A stretch of DNA of 64,000 nt from assembly GCA_022813965.1 (NCBI GenBank), contig JALDZS010000050.1, forward strand, positions 1 through 64,000, given 5' to 3'. Each line of letters opens with the position of its first letter. Position 1 is the stretch's first letter. A model generated the notes under the pieces. The model was not told the origin of the DNA. It did not search any database and worked only from the letters and a program-made list of their open reading frames with translations. This document shows, one piece after another, positions 13,910 through 27,588 of the stretch. This DNA comes from Toensbergia leucococca (lineage: Eukaryota). The position numbers and the translations under genes were made by a program.

Positions 13910-14162
13910 TTATTGACTGACTGATCCGACGATATTGCCGATTTCGAATCCCCCGCAATCAACTACCATACTTCCATGCCTGGTTGTTGGACAGCTATTT
14001 ACCACATTACCACATTCCCACATTAGCTGTCTGTATTAGCTACATGTGGTAGACTATTTATCATGTTGCTATCCTGTCCTCCAAGATGGCGAACTCTCCG
14101 ATATCCTCATCTCCAGCATCGCCTATATCTCCTTCCCCTTTTGCTTTTTCCCTATACCGACC

Positions 14163-15574
14163 ATGTCGAAGCCTAAGTTTCACATTGCCATTGTTGGAGC
14201 AGGTCTCGGTGGCCTAGCTGCTGCTATTGGCATTGTGCGTGCAGGTCATCGAGTCACTATACTCGAGCAAGCTCCTGTTCTTGGAGAGGTGACACTTTCA
14301 CTCATCTACTGCATATACAAGTGCTAACGCTTTCACAATAGATTGGAGCCGGTATACAAATTCCACCTAATTCCGCACGCATCCTCAAAAGATGGAATAT
14401 ACTCGACAAAATCGAATCTGTTTCCGTGCGACCCAATGACTTTATCTTACGCTCCTATCGTGACGGCAAGGTCCTCTCCAAGCAAAACATGGTCCCATAC
14501 GCAGAAGAAAGATACGGCGTTCCATACCTACACATCCATCGGGCCGACTATCATAGGATTCTTGTTGAGGAAGCAGAGCGCTTAGGCGTCACAATGGCAT
14601 TAGGGTCGACCGTCACAAACATCGACTTTGCAAAACCTTCATTACAGCTCCGAGACAAGCCCGACTTTCACGCCGATATCATTCTCGGAGCTGATGGTCT
14701 TAAATCCGTCTGCCGCGAGGTTCTCCTTGGCCACTCGGATCCTCCCCGGCTTACAGGGGACTTGGCATATCGTGTCATAGTCAAAGCCGAAGACATGAGG
14801 AAGCACGCTGAATTAAGAGATCTAGCCGATAGACCTGCGATCAATTACTGGATGGGGCCGTCTGCTCATGCTGTGTGCTATCTTCTGCAAGGAGGTGGAC
14901 TTTATAATATAGTGCTCATCTGTCCAGATAATTTGCCCGAGATGGTAAACTCACAAAAAGCCGACCTGCAAGAATTACGGACCTTTTTTGAAAATTGGGA
15001 CCCCAAGTTGAAGAAGTTGCTTGGGTTGATACAGGAGACTAGTAAATGGCGACTACAGAACAGTGAAGAGATGAAGTCTTGGAGTCATCCGTGTGGGAAG
15101 TTTGCCCTTCTTGGGGATGCATGTCATGCTACTTTACCATATCTGTAAGATCTCTGTCCTGGCTATTTATGCCAGCGATACTGACAGGACGGTAGAGCAC
15201 AAGGCGCAGCTCAAGCAGTAGAGGACGGTGCTGTAATTGGGACCCTCTTTGAGCGGATCGAATGGCGATCACAACTTCCTGACATTCTTACAATTTACGA
15301 ACATCTTCGCAAGGAACGTACTACTCGTGTGGTCAAGGGTAGCACGGCCTTGCGAGATGTTTTCCACATGGCTGATGGAGATCGACAGCGAGAAAGAGAT
15401 CGTCAATTGCTTGAGCAGGAGCCATTTGAAGGATTTCCAAACCGATGGGCTGACCCCATATTTCAACCGTTTTTGTTCGACTACGATGCGCATGACGAGG
15501 TGGAGAAAGCGTGGGATAGATATAAAAAGGGGACATATCCGGGGACTGCAGGTCATTTCCAGTCTAAATTATAG
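14163..15574 (+). CDS. FAD-dependent monooxygenase (salicylate hydroxylase-like; 2 introns)
   Basis: GAGLGG Rossmann motif, GADGLKS (DG motif), LLGDACHATLPYL|AQGAAQAVEDG (GD motif). Confidence 0.9.
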
Positions 15575-16064
15575 CCGGTTGAGTAAAAGTGTAATGAATC
15601 GCTGAATATATATTAGAGCAGGCTACACTCATTAGCCTACCTCAATCTATCTACCTATCCTTCAGCAGACCTGTAGTGGGTGAGTATGGCATATATATAG
15701 TTGCATTGTCATGTATGATCAACAATGTGAGCATAGCAATGGTACGGATTTATAGCGCCGGTGTGATTGGTCGGTTCGTTTGGAGTATGTAACACTCATG
15801 AATCCATCAACCTGCCACATTCAACATTCTCTACCCTCGAAGCTGCAATTGAGTCTTCAAGACTTAGAACCGTCCTCAAACACCGACAGGATTGACTCAA
15901 CAAACTCCCGCCGGCATGGTCATTCCAAGCTGAACCCTCGAACCCATCAGGAGGAAGAAGCGGAATCGAATCACCATGCATGTGATAATTCTTCAACAAC
16001 CACCCAAATCTTCCGACACCACCATGAGCTGAAAATACACATCTTGACTCGGAACATCTAGGCC

Positions 16065-18409
16065 ATGGCTGGGTCATCTTCCCGTCGCATCCTTCGCCCA
16101 CTTCTTTACGGGACTGGTACCGCAGCCTTGGGGGGCGGTATCCTCTACATCTCATATAGACCGCGCAATATCCCAGGCTCGGGCCCTGCGGCTGTCTCTC
16201 CGCCCGGGTATAGCGAAGGAGGCAAATTCGCCCCTCCTCGATTTCCTCTAGTCAAAAGCCGAAAAGAGCAAATTGCAGATCTCAAGAGAAGTGGTGGTGT
16301 AAAAGAAGCCTTGGAGAAAACAAGAGGCGGGATCAAAACAATACTTGGAGGTGTTACAGAAACCCATGAGGGAGTTCGAGAAGATGACGCAGAACCGTAT
16401 GATCTGTTGATCATTGGCGGTGGAGCCACTGGCTCTGGGATCGCACTTGATGCTGCTACAAGAGGATTGAGGGTCGCAGTAGTTGAAAAGGATGATTTCA
16501 GCAGTGGGACCAGTAGTAAGAGTACGAAGCTAGTACATGGTGGTGTGAGATACCTGGAGAAAGCCGTTTGGGAGCTCGATTACAATCAGTAGGGAACCGG
16601 CCCTCTTTGCCTGACCGAGGCTTATCTAATACAGATACAAGCTCGTAAAGGAAGCCCTGAGAGAACGAAAGTACTTTCTAGACACTGCACCACACCTATC
16701 CATGTGGTTACCCATTATGCTTCCCATCTCCAAATGGTGGCAAGCTCCATATTTTTGGGCGGGTACTAAATTCTATGATTTCCTGGCCGGCTCCGAAGGT
16801 ATCGAGAGCTCATACTTTTTAACAAAGAGCAAAGCATTGGATGCCTTTCCCATGTTGAAGAGAAGTGATTTGTTTGGAGCTCTGGTCTACTATGGTACGC
16901 AAACTGAGCCTTCAATCCAATTGGATACTGAATCACATAGATGGTGCTCATAACGATTCGCGAATGAACGTTTCACTAGCAATGACAGCAGCTTTATATG
17001 GTAGTACCGTCGTCAATCATATACAGGTTACAGGTCTTGAGAAGGATCTTGACGGCAAGCTAAATGGCGCACGGGTCAAAGACTTGGTTCCAGAGAAGAA
17101 CGGGAAAAAGGCCGATGAGTTTGTAATCCGAGCAAAAGGCATCATCAATGCCACTGGACCCTTTACAGACTCGATTCGTCAAATGGATGATGAAAAAGTG
17201 AGTGAGATTGTCGCTCCAAGCTCAGGGGTACATGTCATATTACCAGGCTACTATAGTCCTTCAAATATGGGACTCATTGATCCTTCAACTTCCGATGGTC
17301 GAGTCATCTTCTTCCTGCCCTGGCAAGGCAATACTATCGCCGGAACTACAGATGCTCCGACGCAAATCTCCCAAAATCCAATCGCTGGTGAAGACGAGAT
17401 TCATTGGATCCTTGCCGAGATACAACACTACCTAGCCCCTGATATCAATGTACGAAGAGGGGATGTTCTTGCGGCATGGTCGGGTATTCGACCTCTTGTA
17501 CGTGATCCGAAAGCAAAGAATACCGAATCTCTGGTCCGGAACCATCTCGTCACGGCCTCGGATTCCGGATTGTTAACTTGCGCAGGTGGGAAATGGACTA
17601 CGTACAGGCAAATGGCAGAGGAGACTGTCGATGAAGCCATCAAGCTCTATGATTTGAAGACCGGACCAGTGCTGCAAGCACCACGCGTCAGTGGAACAGA
17701 AATGATAGATGACAGCGCCCCTCTTGATGGAACGTGTCAAACTCATCAAGTCAGACTAATCGGTGCGCACGGCTTCTCTAAAACGCTGTTTATCAACCTG
17801 ATCCAGCATTTTGGCGTCGAGACGGATGTCGCAAAGCATCTGACCGAATCCTACGGGGACCGAGCATGGACAGTAGCGGCCCTGTCAGCTCCTACCGAAA
17901 AGCGATTTCCGGTAAGGGGAATCCGCATCTCAGCATTATACCCATTCATAGACGGCGAGGTCCGATACGCAGTACGGCATGAATATGCTCAAACAGCCGT
18001 GGACGTACTTGCACGGCGGACGCGATTGGCATTTCTCAATGCGCAGGCGGCCCTGGAGGCTTTACCTACGGTCATCGACCTCATGGCCGAAGAGTTGAAT
18101 TGGGATAGTAAGCGGAAAGAGGTGGAGTGGAAGGATACGGTTCAATTCTTGGCGTCGATGGGGTTGGCGAAGAGTAAGTTGAGTGTTACAAGGAAGGATG
18201 TTGAAAGTGGTCGGGCGGGGGAGTATGATGAGCATGAGAGAAAGCTTTATTCTAGGCATGGTGAGTGGAGCGCTTTGATGCGTGTGTGTACGGTTGAACT
18301 ATGCTGATTGTGTGGTTTAGATGATCCGGCGGATACGATGAAGAGTGATACCGTGTTTGCATCGGGCGAGAATCCAGGTCTTTCAAGCGACTCGGCTGCT
18401 AACAAGTAG
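16065..18409 (+). CDS. GUT2: Mitochondrial FAD-dependent glycerol-3-phosphate dehydrogenase (3 introns)
   Basis: [55 protein letters not shown] and RRTRLAFL signatures. Confidence 0.95.
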
Positions 18410-19243
18410 ATTATGTGATGTTTCTTGATTGGATTATGAGGGTATAGAGGGATAATGGGAAACTCAACGGTAGACATGCTTATTCCGAGCTAAGAGATCT
18501 TTTCCCCTTGACGAATGGGAAAGATCTCCAGATCCGCAGTACTAGATAGAGCTTTGGGCTACCCTTCGTGGATTGAGGGGGTTTTGGGGCGGGTCAGATA
18601 GAGATGGAGAGAAATCAGTTTCAACATGAGATCTATTACTCATATAACATCCCCAACGAATTCCATCTTCTTTGTTCAAACGGGTCTTCTGGCTATTAAA
18701 TCTGCATCTGTTGAAGGATGATGAAGTTTGTACTAAAAAGCTGACGTCAATTGAGGGTTGCATTCACCAATTGACCTTTTTTTTTAGCGTGGGAGTTCCA
18801 CGTGAGGTTTCAGCCTCGTAACGATGGAGCCATGCTCTCACCCCTCCTCAAAATCTCACACCCAGTCCCAATTGGTTTACGATGTGTAGTCTTTCTTACT
18901 CCTTGCGAAGTAGTCACATATCCGTCCAAAGGATTCTCCATCTACCACCATTACTCTGAAATTGCCTGTTCGATGATGCCGCTTACCCACTTCTCACCAT
19001 TCCCCGATTCCTTTCCATCCATCCCTTCGAACCTTTCCTTTAGCGATGTTACATAGCAGCATCGAGTGGCTGACTCTGTGCCTCTGCTACACCAACTTCC
19101 TTGGTAACGCTTCGTACAAGTATGACATTCTCTGCTCTTTGCATCGGGAATTCACAACATACTTCACATGAACCCGTGAAGCCCCAAAACTCAACCCTCG
19201 ACAGCAACATCCTCACACCCAACTTCCCACGCTGAGAACAATC

Positions 19244-20511
19244 ATGGCGACCACACACATCGACCGCTCACATAGCACGCGTGACCGGCCTATGGAAGTT
19301 CTGGTACTAGGCTTAGGCCGCACCGGAACCGACTGTAAGCTGGCCTTCCCTCACGAACCAATAATGGCTGATTGATTGTGTTACAGCCATCAGGCAAGGC
19401 TTGAAAGACCTTGGCTACCTCGATACGTAAGGCGCCTCTCATCAGAGTGTTGACATTTCGAGACTAATATTACTGCGTTACAGGTACCATGGCTACTGCT
19501 GTACTGCCGAAAACATACCTGAAGACATGATCATGTGGAACAAAGCCATCGAAGCAAAGTGGGAGGGCAAGGGAACCTTTGGCAAGGCAGAGTTTGACAG
19601 TCTGCTAGGTAAGCTTTGCGCTGTGATTATACCCCTAGGAAACGTCCGCTGACAGACTCCAAGGTCATTGTATGGTAAGATACAATATTCCACCATTCAT
19701 CTTGCACTACAAAACTCGAGCGTTTAGCACATTTGAACCTACTAGGTCTCGGAACGAATCATATCAAGTCCCTAGAAAGTCTACATTTTGACACAAGACC
19801 ATCTTGCTGACTTTTAAATTCTTAGGCCGTTTCCGACATGCCCTGTGCAGGTACTTTTTTTAAATTATCCTCTCTATGATTTGACTGACCATTTGAAAGC
19901 ATTTGCCCCCGAACTCATCGCCGCATATCCCAACGCCAAAGTTATTCTGACAAATCGAGACGTGGATGCCTGGTACAAATCAACTTTAGGGACAATCCAA
20001 GCCCTCATCGAAAGAAAGCCAAGCGCCCGCCGTCGATTCCTCTCACTGTTCAACCAAGACCTTGTTTTTACTCAGGCCGTTTGGACTAAAATGTGGAACC
20101 ATTATTTCGAGGGTGATTTCCGGAAGAACGCGAAGAGAATCTACGGAGAACATTATGACATGGTACGGCAATTGGTGCCCAAGGAACGATTGCTTGAATA
20201 CAGAGTGCAAGAGGGCTGGTGAGTGGCATATTTTGAATTGACTGGCTTCAAAGTCTAATTTTGGAACGAACAGGGAACCACTCTGCACCTTCCTCGACAA
20301 ACCCATCCCATCGACTCCATTTCCATCAGGTAACGACCCGGGAGGATTTCAAAAGAGACTCAAAGGGGGCGCAACGGGGCAGTACCAAGAAATGGCCTGG
20401 ATGGCTGGAACGATACTTGGAGCTGGATTGCTCGTCGGGGTCGTTGCTGTTGCTATTGGCAAGCGAACAAATGTCGATTTTGGGTCTTTGATATCGATGG
20501 TGAAAGGTTGA
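19244..20511 (+). CDS. Sulfotransferase-like P-loop protein (Sulfotransfer_4 type), multi-exon with micro-exons
   Basis: VLVLGLGRTGT, YHGY, AVSDMP, AYPNAKVILTNRDVDAWYKS, VPKERLLEYRVQEGW|EPLCTFL; hydrophobic C-terminus. Confidence 0.85.
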
Positions 20512-21250
20512 AAGGGTTTGTTTGGCGTGTATTCATATCCAAGGGGAACGGTAGGGGCACTGAAAATGGGCAAACATCGTCAACACATTTCCTATTTTTT
20601 CAACAATAAACCAACATGCATGTTCTAATTCTCCTAAATCAAAATCAAAATTTATCCAAGCCCCTGACGACTCTGGCACCAGAAACACCTCTCATCTTGT
20701 TGGATGAAATGAAAACGGTACAATTGTCTACCCAATAGGCTGGGCACTTTTGATGTCATTGGACAGTTCTTTCCTTGGCTCTGTTACACGAAGCTTCTGC
20801 ATTGCTTGTTTCGAAGAGAGAGCCGGGCCTTTGAATATGAAGGAAGTTCGGAGAAGGATTCTATTTAAGGTCCTACTTTCCCGCCTCTTCGATTGTACCA
20901 GCGCCTATCAGCTGCTGATGGTGTGTCGCGCCGGGTATCCGCACATGACATTGTTTATGCATACTGCCGCGATTTTTGTCTTCCTGATATGGGCAATGCC
21001 TAATTGTTGGGTAGATGGATGTTGTGGTTGCTCGTTTATGCAGAATCTAGTTTCTCACTCACTTCTGCATTCATCTGTGTCACATATGAGTGGAGATGTG
21101 GACGGGATGAGGATTCCTCGATTCGATTTCACGATATTAACGTAGTTTCTTCCATTCCTCCTTACCTACCTATGAGTCTATTCGTACTCCCTCTCCATAG
21201 ATAGATTAGCAATTTCCCACTTTCACTTCCATACCACCAACCATCAGAAC

Positions 21251-22401
21251 ATGACAGCCCAGCACTCGTTATCATCAGCAGACCTTCCGCCCTTCCCAGA
21301 CGACGTCCCAGTTGCCCGTCTTTCGGTTCTGTCTCTGAAAAAACTGCTGCAGAGCGACGACAGAGATGAATCAGAGCGTTTGTTCACAGCCTGCAAAACG
21401 GATGGCTTTTTTATGCTGGATTTGAGGGATTGTGAGTTAGGAGAGGAGGTTCTTGGGCGGGTGGAGGAGGTGGAGGGGTTGGCGGAGCGGGTTTTTGGGT
21501 TAGGAGGGGCGGAGAAGGAGTGTTTTAGGGATGGAAGGGGGGGGATTTGTGGGTTAGTTGCTGATGCTGACTCGGTCTTGATAAACGCTATTTGCAGGAG
21601 GATAAGCAATATAGAGATCACTGACGGCAATATAGATACAAAGCTCAAGGCGACACCGTCGTCGACGACAACAACACCCCGGACCTCCACGAATTCTACG
21701 CCATCTCCAGAGACGATATCCTCTCCCTCACCAATACCTTCCCCCTCCCAACTTCAACCCCACACCCAAACCCAATAACCCAAAACCTCCCTCTCCTCAA
21801 ATCCCACACCCTCGCCCTCCACACCATCACCACCCTCCTCCTCGCCCACCTCTCCATCCACCTCCACCTGCCCCCCGCCATCCTCCCCTCCCTTCACCAC
21901 CCTTCCACACCCAGCAACTCTCACCTTCGCCTCCTGAAATACCCGCCCCAACCGCTCCCCACCCGCCGTACCTCCATGCTCCCCCATACAGACTTTGGCA
22001 GCATCACCATCCTCTTCAGCCGGCTCGGCGGTCTCCAGATCCTACCTCCTCCGCCTCCGGGCCTCCCTATAGCAGCAGCAGCAGCGACATCAACAACGAA
22101 AGAAGAGGAATGGGAGTACGTGCGCCCGCTGCCTGGGCATGCTGTCGTTAATATCGGCGACGCGCTTGTCAAGTTTACGAATGGGCTTTTGAGATCGTGT
22201 TTGCATCGGGTGACGTTCGCGCCTGGGGAACAGGCGGTGTTGACAAGGTATAGCGTGGCGTATTTTGAGAGACCGGGGGATGAGGTGCTGTTGAGGGGGT
22301 TGGAGGGGAGTGATGTTTTGCCCCCCATGCTGAAGGGGGAGGTGTTGAGTAGTAAGGAGTGGATTGAGAGGAAGGGGCGGAGTATTCGGCGGAAGGTTTG
22401 A
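21251..22401 (+). CDS. 2-oxoglutarate/Fe(II)-dependent dioxygenase (1 intron)
   Basis: ACKTDGFFML, LRLLKYPP, HTD (HxD), VVNIGD, SCLHRV and RYS motifs; intron ~21553-21635 restores GYKAQG. Confidence 0.9.
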
Positions 22402-23036
22402 ATGATTGTTTAATTCAGCCTAGGGTTGAGGGGAGGAGTGCTGTGGTGGTATTGGATTTGGGTTTTTGTTTCTTTGTTTTCTCGATTTTTGTTGAATGCT
22501 GGTTGCTGGATTGAGGCTCTTTTTGTGATGGATTGATTTAGAGGCAATTTTTTTTTTATAAAACAGATTATTCTTTCAATGCCTAAGTTATTCAACAGAG
22601 AGATGTGTGTGAATTTTCTTTGACTGAAGTTGAGAAAAATTCAGACTCATGAAACCCTTCAGGATTTGAGAAACCTTTGAAAACACACGCAAGGTTTTGC
22701 TTGAGGCTGAAGAGGTCACATCTCATCACTTCATTTCTGATTTCTCTGAGATGACATTATCTTCAGATGTCACTTCTATGAGAAAAATGTAAGAAAAAGA
22801 AGGTGATGAGAAATAGAGTGCACAAGAAGAAATTGATGATGATGAGACATTTTAGTGTGAAGAAAAGGAGGAAAGGGGGCAGACTGTCTACTGAGAAAGA
22901 TTTTATGTTCTCTGAGTGCTGACTGGCCGGGTTTGAAGATGTAGAGGGGGGTCTTGTGATGGAGTTGTGATTTTTGGTAGGTGTTTTGGGGTGGGAGAGG
23001 GGGTTTAGGGGTAAACGCTAAATGGAAAAGCACTTT

Positions 23037-23245
23037 ACGCGTCGTCGGGATACAAAATAAATTCACGTCTCATCAACACCAAGCCTTAACCCCACCACCT
23101 ACTACTTCTCATTTTCCTTCTCCATCCTTCGCCTCTTCTTATTTCTTCATCCGCTCTCTAAATTGAACATCATTGGGTTCGTCTCCTGCTGCATCTTGGC
23201 TTTGTAACCTCAATCTAGCTTCTCGCTCTCGTCTCCTCAACGCGT
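23037..23245. promoter_or_regulatory. Two MCB elements (ACGCGT) upstream of RNR1
   Basis: ACGCGT at 23037-23042 and 23240-23245, within 250 nt of the ATG. MBF/MCB control of RNR large-subunit genes is established in yeasts. Confidence 0.6.
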
Positions 23246-23282
23246 CTTCCTCTTCCACCTGTACTCTGTCAAGATAATCAGC

Positions 23283-26200
23283 ATGTTCGTGCTTAAGCGG
23301 GGTGAGTTGCTTACTTCTATAATGCTCTTCTATGACGCTTACTTCAGCTGGTGTCTCCTTCCTGAGAACCAGACAAGCTTTGATTGTCCCCAAGCATTAG
23401 ACTGACTTAATCTGCTAGACGGCCGTAAGGAGCGTGTCCAATTTGACAAGATCACAGCTCGTGTATCGAGACTGTGTTATGGCCTCGACGCAGACCATGT
23501 TGATGCCGCTGCCATCACGCAAAAGGTCATTTCCGGCGTCTATCATGGCGTTACCACCATCGAGTTGGATAATTTGGTATGCTTTTAGAACCAGGTCCGA
23601 ATACACAATATACCCGCTGACAGTCATCTTTCTAGGCTGCCGAGACAGCTGCCTATATGACTGTTACCCACCCTGATTATGCAATTCTTGCCGCTCGTAT
23701 CGCTGTCTCCAACCTCCATAAGCAAACAAAGAAACAATTCTCCTCGGTCATCGCAGATCTATACCACTATGTCAATCCCAAAAATAACCGGCCAGCCCCC
23801 ATGATATCCACCAAAATCTATGATATTGTCATGAAGCACTCAGAGGAGCTTAACTCTGCCATAGTCTACGACCGTGATTTCAACTACCAATACTTCGGAT
23901 TCAAGACCCTTGAGCGATCCTATCTCCTACGTCTTAATGGGAGAGTCGCCGAACGACCACAGCATCTGATCATGCGTGTTGCCGTTGGAATCCACGAGGA
24001 TGATTTGGAAAAGGTCATTGAGACTTACAGCCTGATGTCGCAGAAATGCTTCACCCACGCCTCTCCAACTTTATTCAACGCTGGAACACCAAATCCACAA
24101 CTAGCATCCTGCTTTTTAATCGACATGAAAGAGGATAGCATTGAGGGTATTTATGACACGTTGAAGACCTGCGCAATGATCTCAAAAGTGGCCGGAGGAA
24201 TCGGTTTGAATATTCATCGCATCCGCGCGACAGGTTCATACATTGGAGGTACAACCGGGTCGTCCAATGGAATCGTGCCTATGCTTCGTGTGTTCAACAA
24301 CACTGCGAGATACGTTGACCAAGGAGGCAACAAGCGTCCGGGCGCTTTCGCTATCTACTTGGAACCTTGGCATGCAGATGTGTTCGAGTTCTTGGATCTG
24401 CGAAAGAATCACGGAAAAGAAGAAAATCGAGCTCGGGATCTCTTCTTTGCGCTTTGGACACCTGATCTATTCATGAAGCGAGTCGAGAAAAATGGAGAAT
24501 GGACTCTATTCTGCCCTAACGAAGCCCCAGGACTAGCAGATGTTTATGGCGATGAGTTTGAGGCACTATACGAAAAGTATGTACTCTTGCAAGTGTCCGG
24601 TGTATTCATCTAACAGTTTGTAGATACGAGAAGGAAGGCCGGGGGCGTAAGACAATCAAAGCTCAGAAACTTTGGTATTCTATCCTCGAGGCTCAGACCG
24701 AGACGGGAAACCCTTTCATGCTTTACAAGGACGCTTGCAATCGCAAGAGTAATCAGAAGAACCTTGGTACCATCCGAAGCTCCAATCTTTGCACGGAAAT
24801 AATCGAGTACTCTGCCCCAGATGAGGTAGCCTGTTGCAATCTAGCTTCCCTCGCTCTACCCACGTTTGTGGATGTGCATCGCGGGGAATATGATTTCAGC
24901 CGGTTACATGAGATTACTCAAGTTGTTGTCCGGAATTTGAACAAGGTTATCGACCTCAATCATTATCCAGTTGAAGAGGCGAAGCGAAGTAATTTTCGCC
25001 ATCGACCTATCGCTGTCGGTGTCCAAGGTCTTGCTGATGCCTTCCTTGCTCTTCGTCTACCATTCGACTCTGATGAAGCCAAGCAGCTCAATATCCAGAT
25101 CTTTGAGACCATTTACCATGCTGCTCTGACCGCTTCATGTAATTTGGCAAAGATCCACGGAACTTATTCTTCTTACGAAGGATCGCCTGTCTCGCAAGGC
25201 ATTCTACAGTACGACATGTGGAATGTGACGCCAACTGACCTATGGGACTGGGCTTCTCTCAAAGAGGATATTGCCAAAAATGGTGTACGAAACAGCTTAC
25301 TTGTAGCTCCTATGCCAACAGCTAGCACAAGTCAGATCCTGGGTAACAACGAATGCTTTGAACCATACACCTCCAATATCTACTCTCGTCGTGTCTTGTC
25401 AGGAGAGTTTCAAGTTGTCAATCCCTGGCTTCTCAAGGATTTGGTAGACATGGGACTTTGGTCTGATAACATGAAGAATCGTATCATTGCCGATGGGGGA
25501 TCTATTCAGAATGTTCCCAATATTCCAGCAGATATTAAATCTCTGTACAAAACGGTTTGGGAGATCTCACAGAGAACAATTGTTCAAATGGCTGCTGATC
25601 GCGGTGCCTTTATCGATCAATCTCAATCGCTCAACATCCATCTCAAAGAGCCAACCATGGGCAAGATCACGAGTATGCATTTCGCTGGTTGGAAACTTGG
25701 ACTAAAAACGGGAATGTATTATCTTCGGACCATGGCCGCGTCTGCCCCCATTCAATTTACTGTAGATCAAGAACAGCTAAAGGTTGCCGATACCAATGTT
25801 GCACGTAATGGAGGCATGAAGAAACGTTCCATACCATCGTCTGGATACTCATCAAATAGCCACTCGGCCGTCCCTCGACCGATGTACGTCCAAAAGCCAC
25901 CCATTGTCAGCGCTCTTTCTCCAAACGGTATGCCCACTCCGACGTCGACTCCTCCTCCCGCAACGGAGAACAAGAAATTTTCGCCGCCGTCGAAGAAAGA
26001 ATCCACTGTCCTCCCCACATTTAAAGCCGACGTCGACGAAGGTGAGAGCCCGAAGACCCTAGCTACCGACCCAATTGGCACGCCTATCAAGGAGGAGTCA
26101 CTACCAGAGGCGGCCTTGGATGGGGCCAAAAAGCAGGAGGAAGATACAAAAGACAGTAGCGAGAATCGAGAGGGAGACATTTATGCTAATAAGGTTTTGC

Positions 26201-26313
26201 AATGTAAGTTATTTTGATACTGTGTTGTTTTGATACGGTGTGGGGTTTTGCATACTAATGCGAGAATAGGCAGCATTGAAAATAAAGAGGAGTGCGTTAT
26301 GTGCAGCGGCTAA
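23283..26313 (+). CDS. RNR1: Ribonucleoside-diphosphate reductase large subunit (class I; 4 introns)
   Basis: [24 protein letters not shown]-cone, SSNLCTEI active site, [10 protein letters not shown]-terminal [14 protein letters not shown] redox cysteines. Confidence 0.97.
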
Positions 26314-27588
26314 TGGATTGCCACTTGAATAGGGTGGCCTTTTGGTTTAATGTTGGCGTGAAGGTACTCTTTTTTTATCTGTAGAATAGAGGGTTGATGA
26401 TATTCAATTATCCGTCAAGTTTAATTACATCTGCCCCTCCTTATCGGTCTCGATCGTGGCGGTAGCTTGTCGGAGGGAAAGATCAAGATTTCTTGTTAAA
26501 GATCCGAGACAAGTGTCTGCTCTATATATCTTCCTCCAGGCTGGCCTGAGCGGAGTCGTTACCTAGTACAGTCTAACGCCACCAATCAGGTCCCCAATTT
26601 CCAATAGCCGAGTCTTTTATCTGCCATATTTGGTAGCAAGTCTCGATGTATCTTTCATGAGATGCATAAGGTATTTTCCATTGCCTTGTCCTGCTTATAT
26701 CATCGAGAGGTGGTCCAGATGATCGATTTCTGCACTGCAATCTCACTTGACATTTTATTATGTCTCTCAATCGGTGGGTTGAGTATTTGCGTTTCTTTGA
26801 TCTTTTGTTTTCATTCAATTTGCGTTGTTTAGGTTCGGAAGTGGGTTTTAAAGGCTAATGGAGAACAGGGAGGAGGAGAAGGAGGAGAGAAAAAGGAGGA
26901 GAGAAAAAGGAGGAAGAAGAAGAAGAATTGTGTGATCAAGTGAAGATAGCGTCTGCAGAAAGAAAGTAATATCTGAGCTCTTGCAGAATTCAATGCTCTC
27001 CAACGGACAAAGACTATGAGGATTGTCTGACAGGTGAGTCACTTCGCTGGGTGCAGTCTGCTGCATTTTACACTATAATGTGATAATATTCGTGTTGAAC
27101 CTACTCTCGTGCTCCTGCATGATACTATTATTGCAGTTAACTTCGGTCTTTTGTTCTTGGAAATAAATATCAGGCAATTCAAATGCTAAGGAACTCACGT
27201 TGGCATTCTAGTTGGATTAGTATTCCACCTGAGTCGTACACGTCGCGTCTTCTTCGCGACGCCATTGAACAACATACAATGTTTGGACTTACGTGCGTAG
27301 CGATTACTCACATTTTTGAAATAAGCTACCGAGGAAGAGAGCTTGGAAAGCTGAGCAGCTCTTTCTCTTGCGGCGATATAGGCGTCTGCTACAGCCAGGT
27401 GTTTCAGATGGGAATTGTCGTTTCAACTCGTCCGCAAAACCTTGAATCCGAACCTCTTTGTTAACATGAACGTACTTCTCAATTGTCAATCCGATCAGTT
27501 CCCCATCGGAATGTGGACTCGATAACGCACTGCCCCTATCTTCAACTCCCGCTCCACCGAGGCTTGACCTAGATGCCGATTGCCCGCC

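Noticed and set aside
10815..22401. Secondary-metabolite gene cluster
   Set aside because: TF and tailoring-type enzymes are present, but there is no PKS/NRPS/terpene synthase and the region is interrupted by GUT2.
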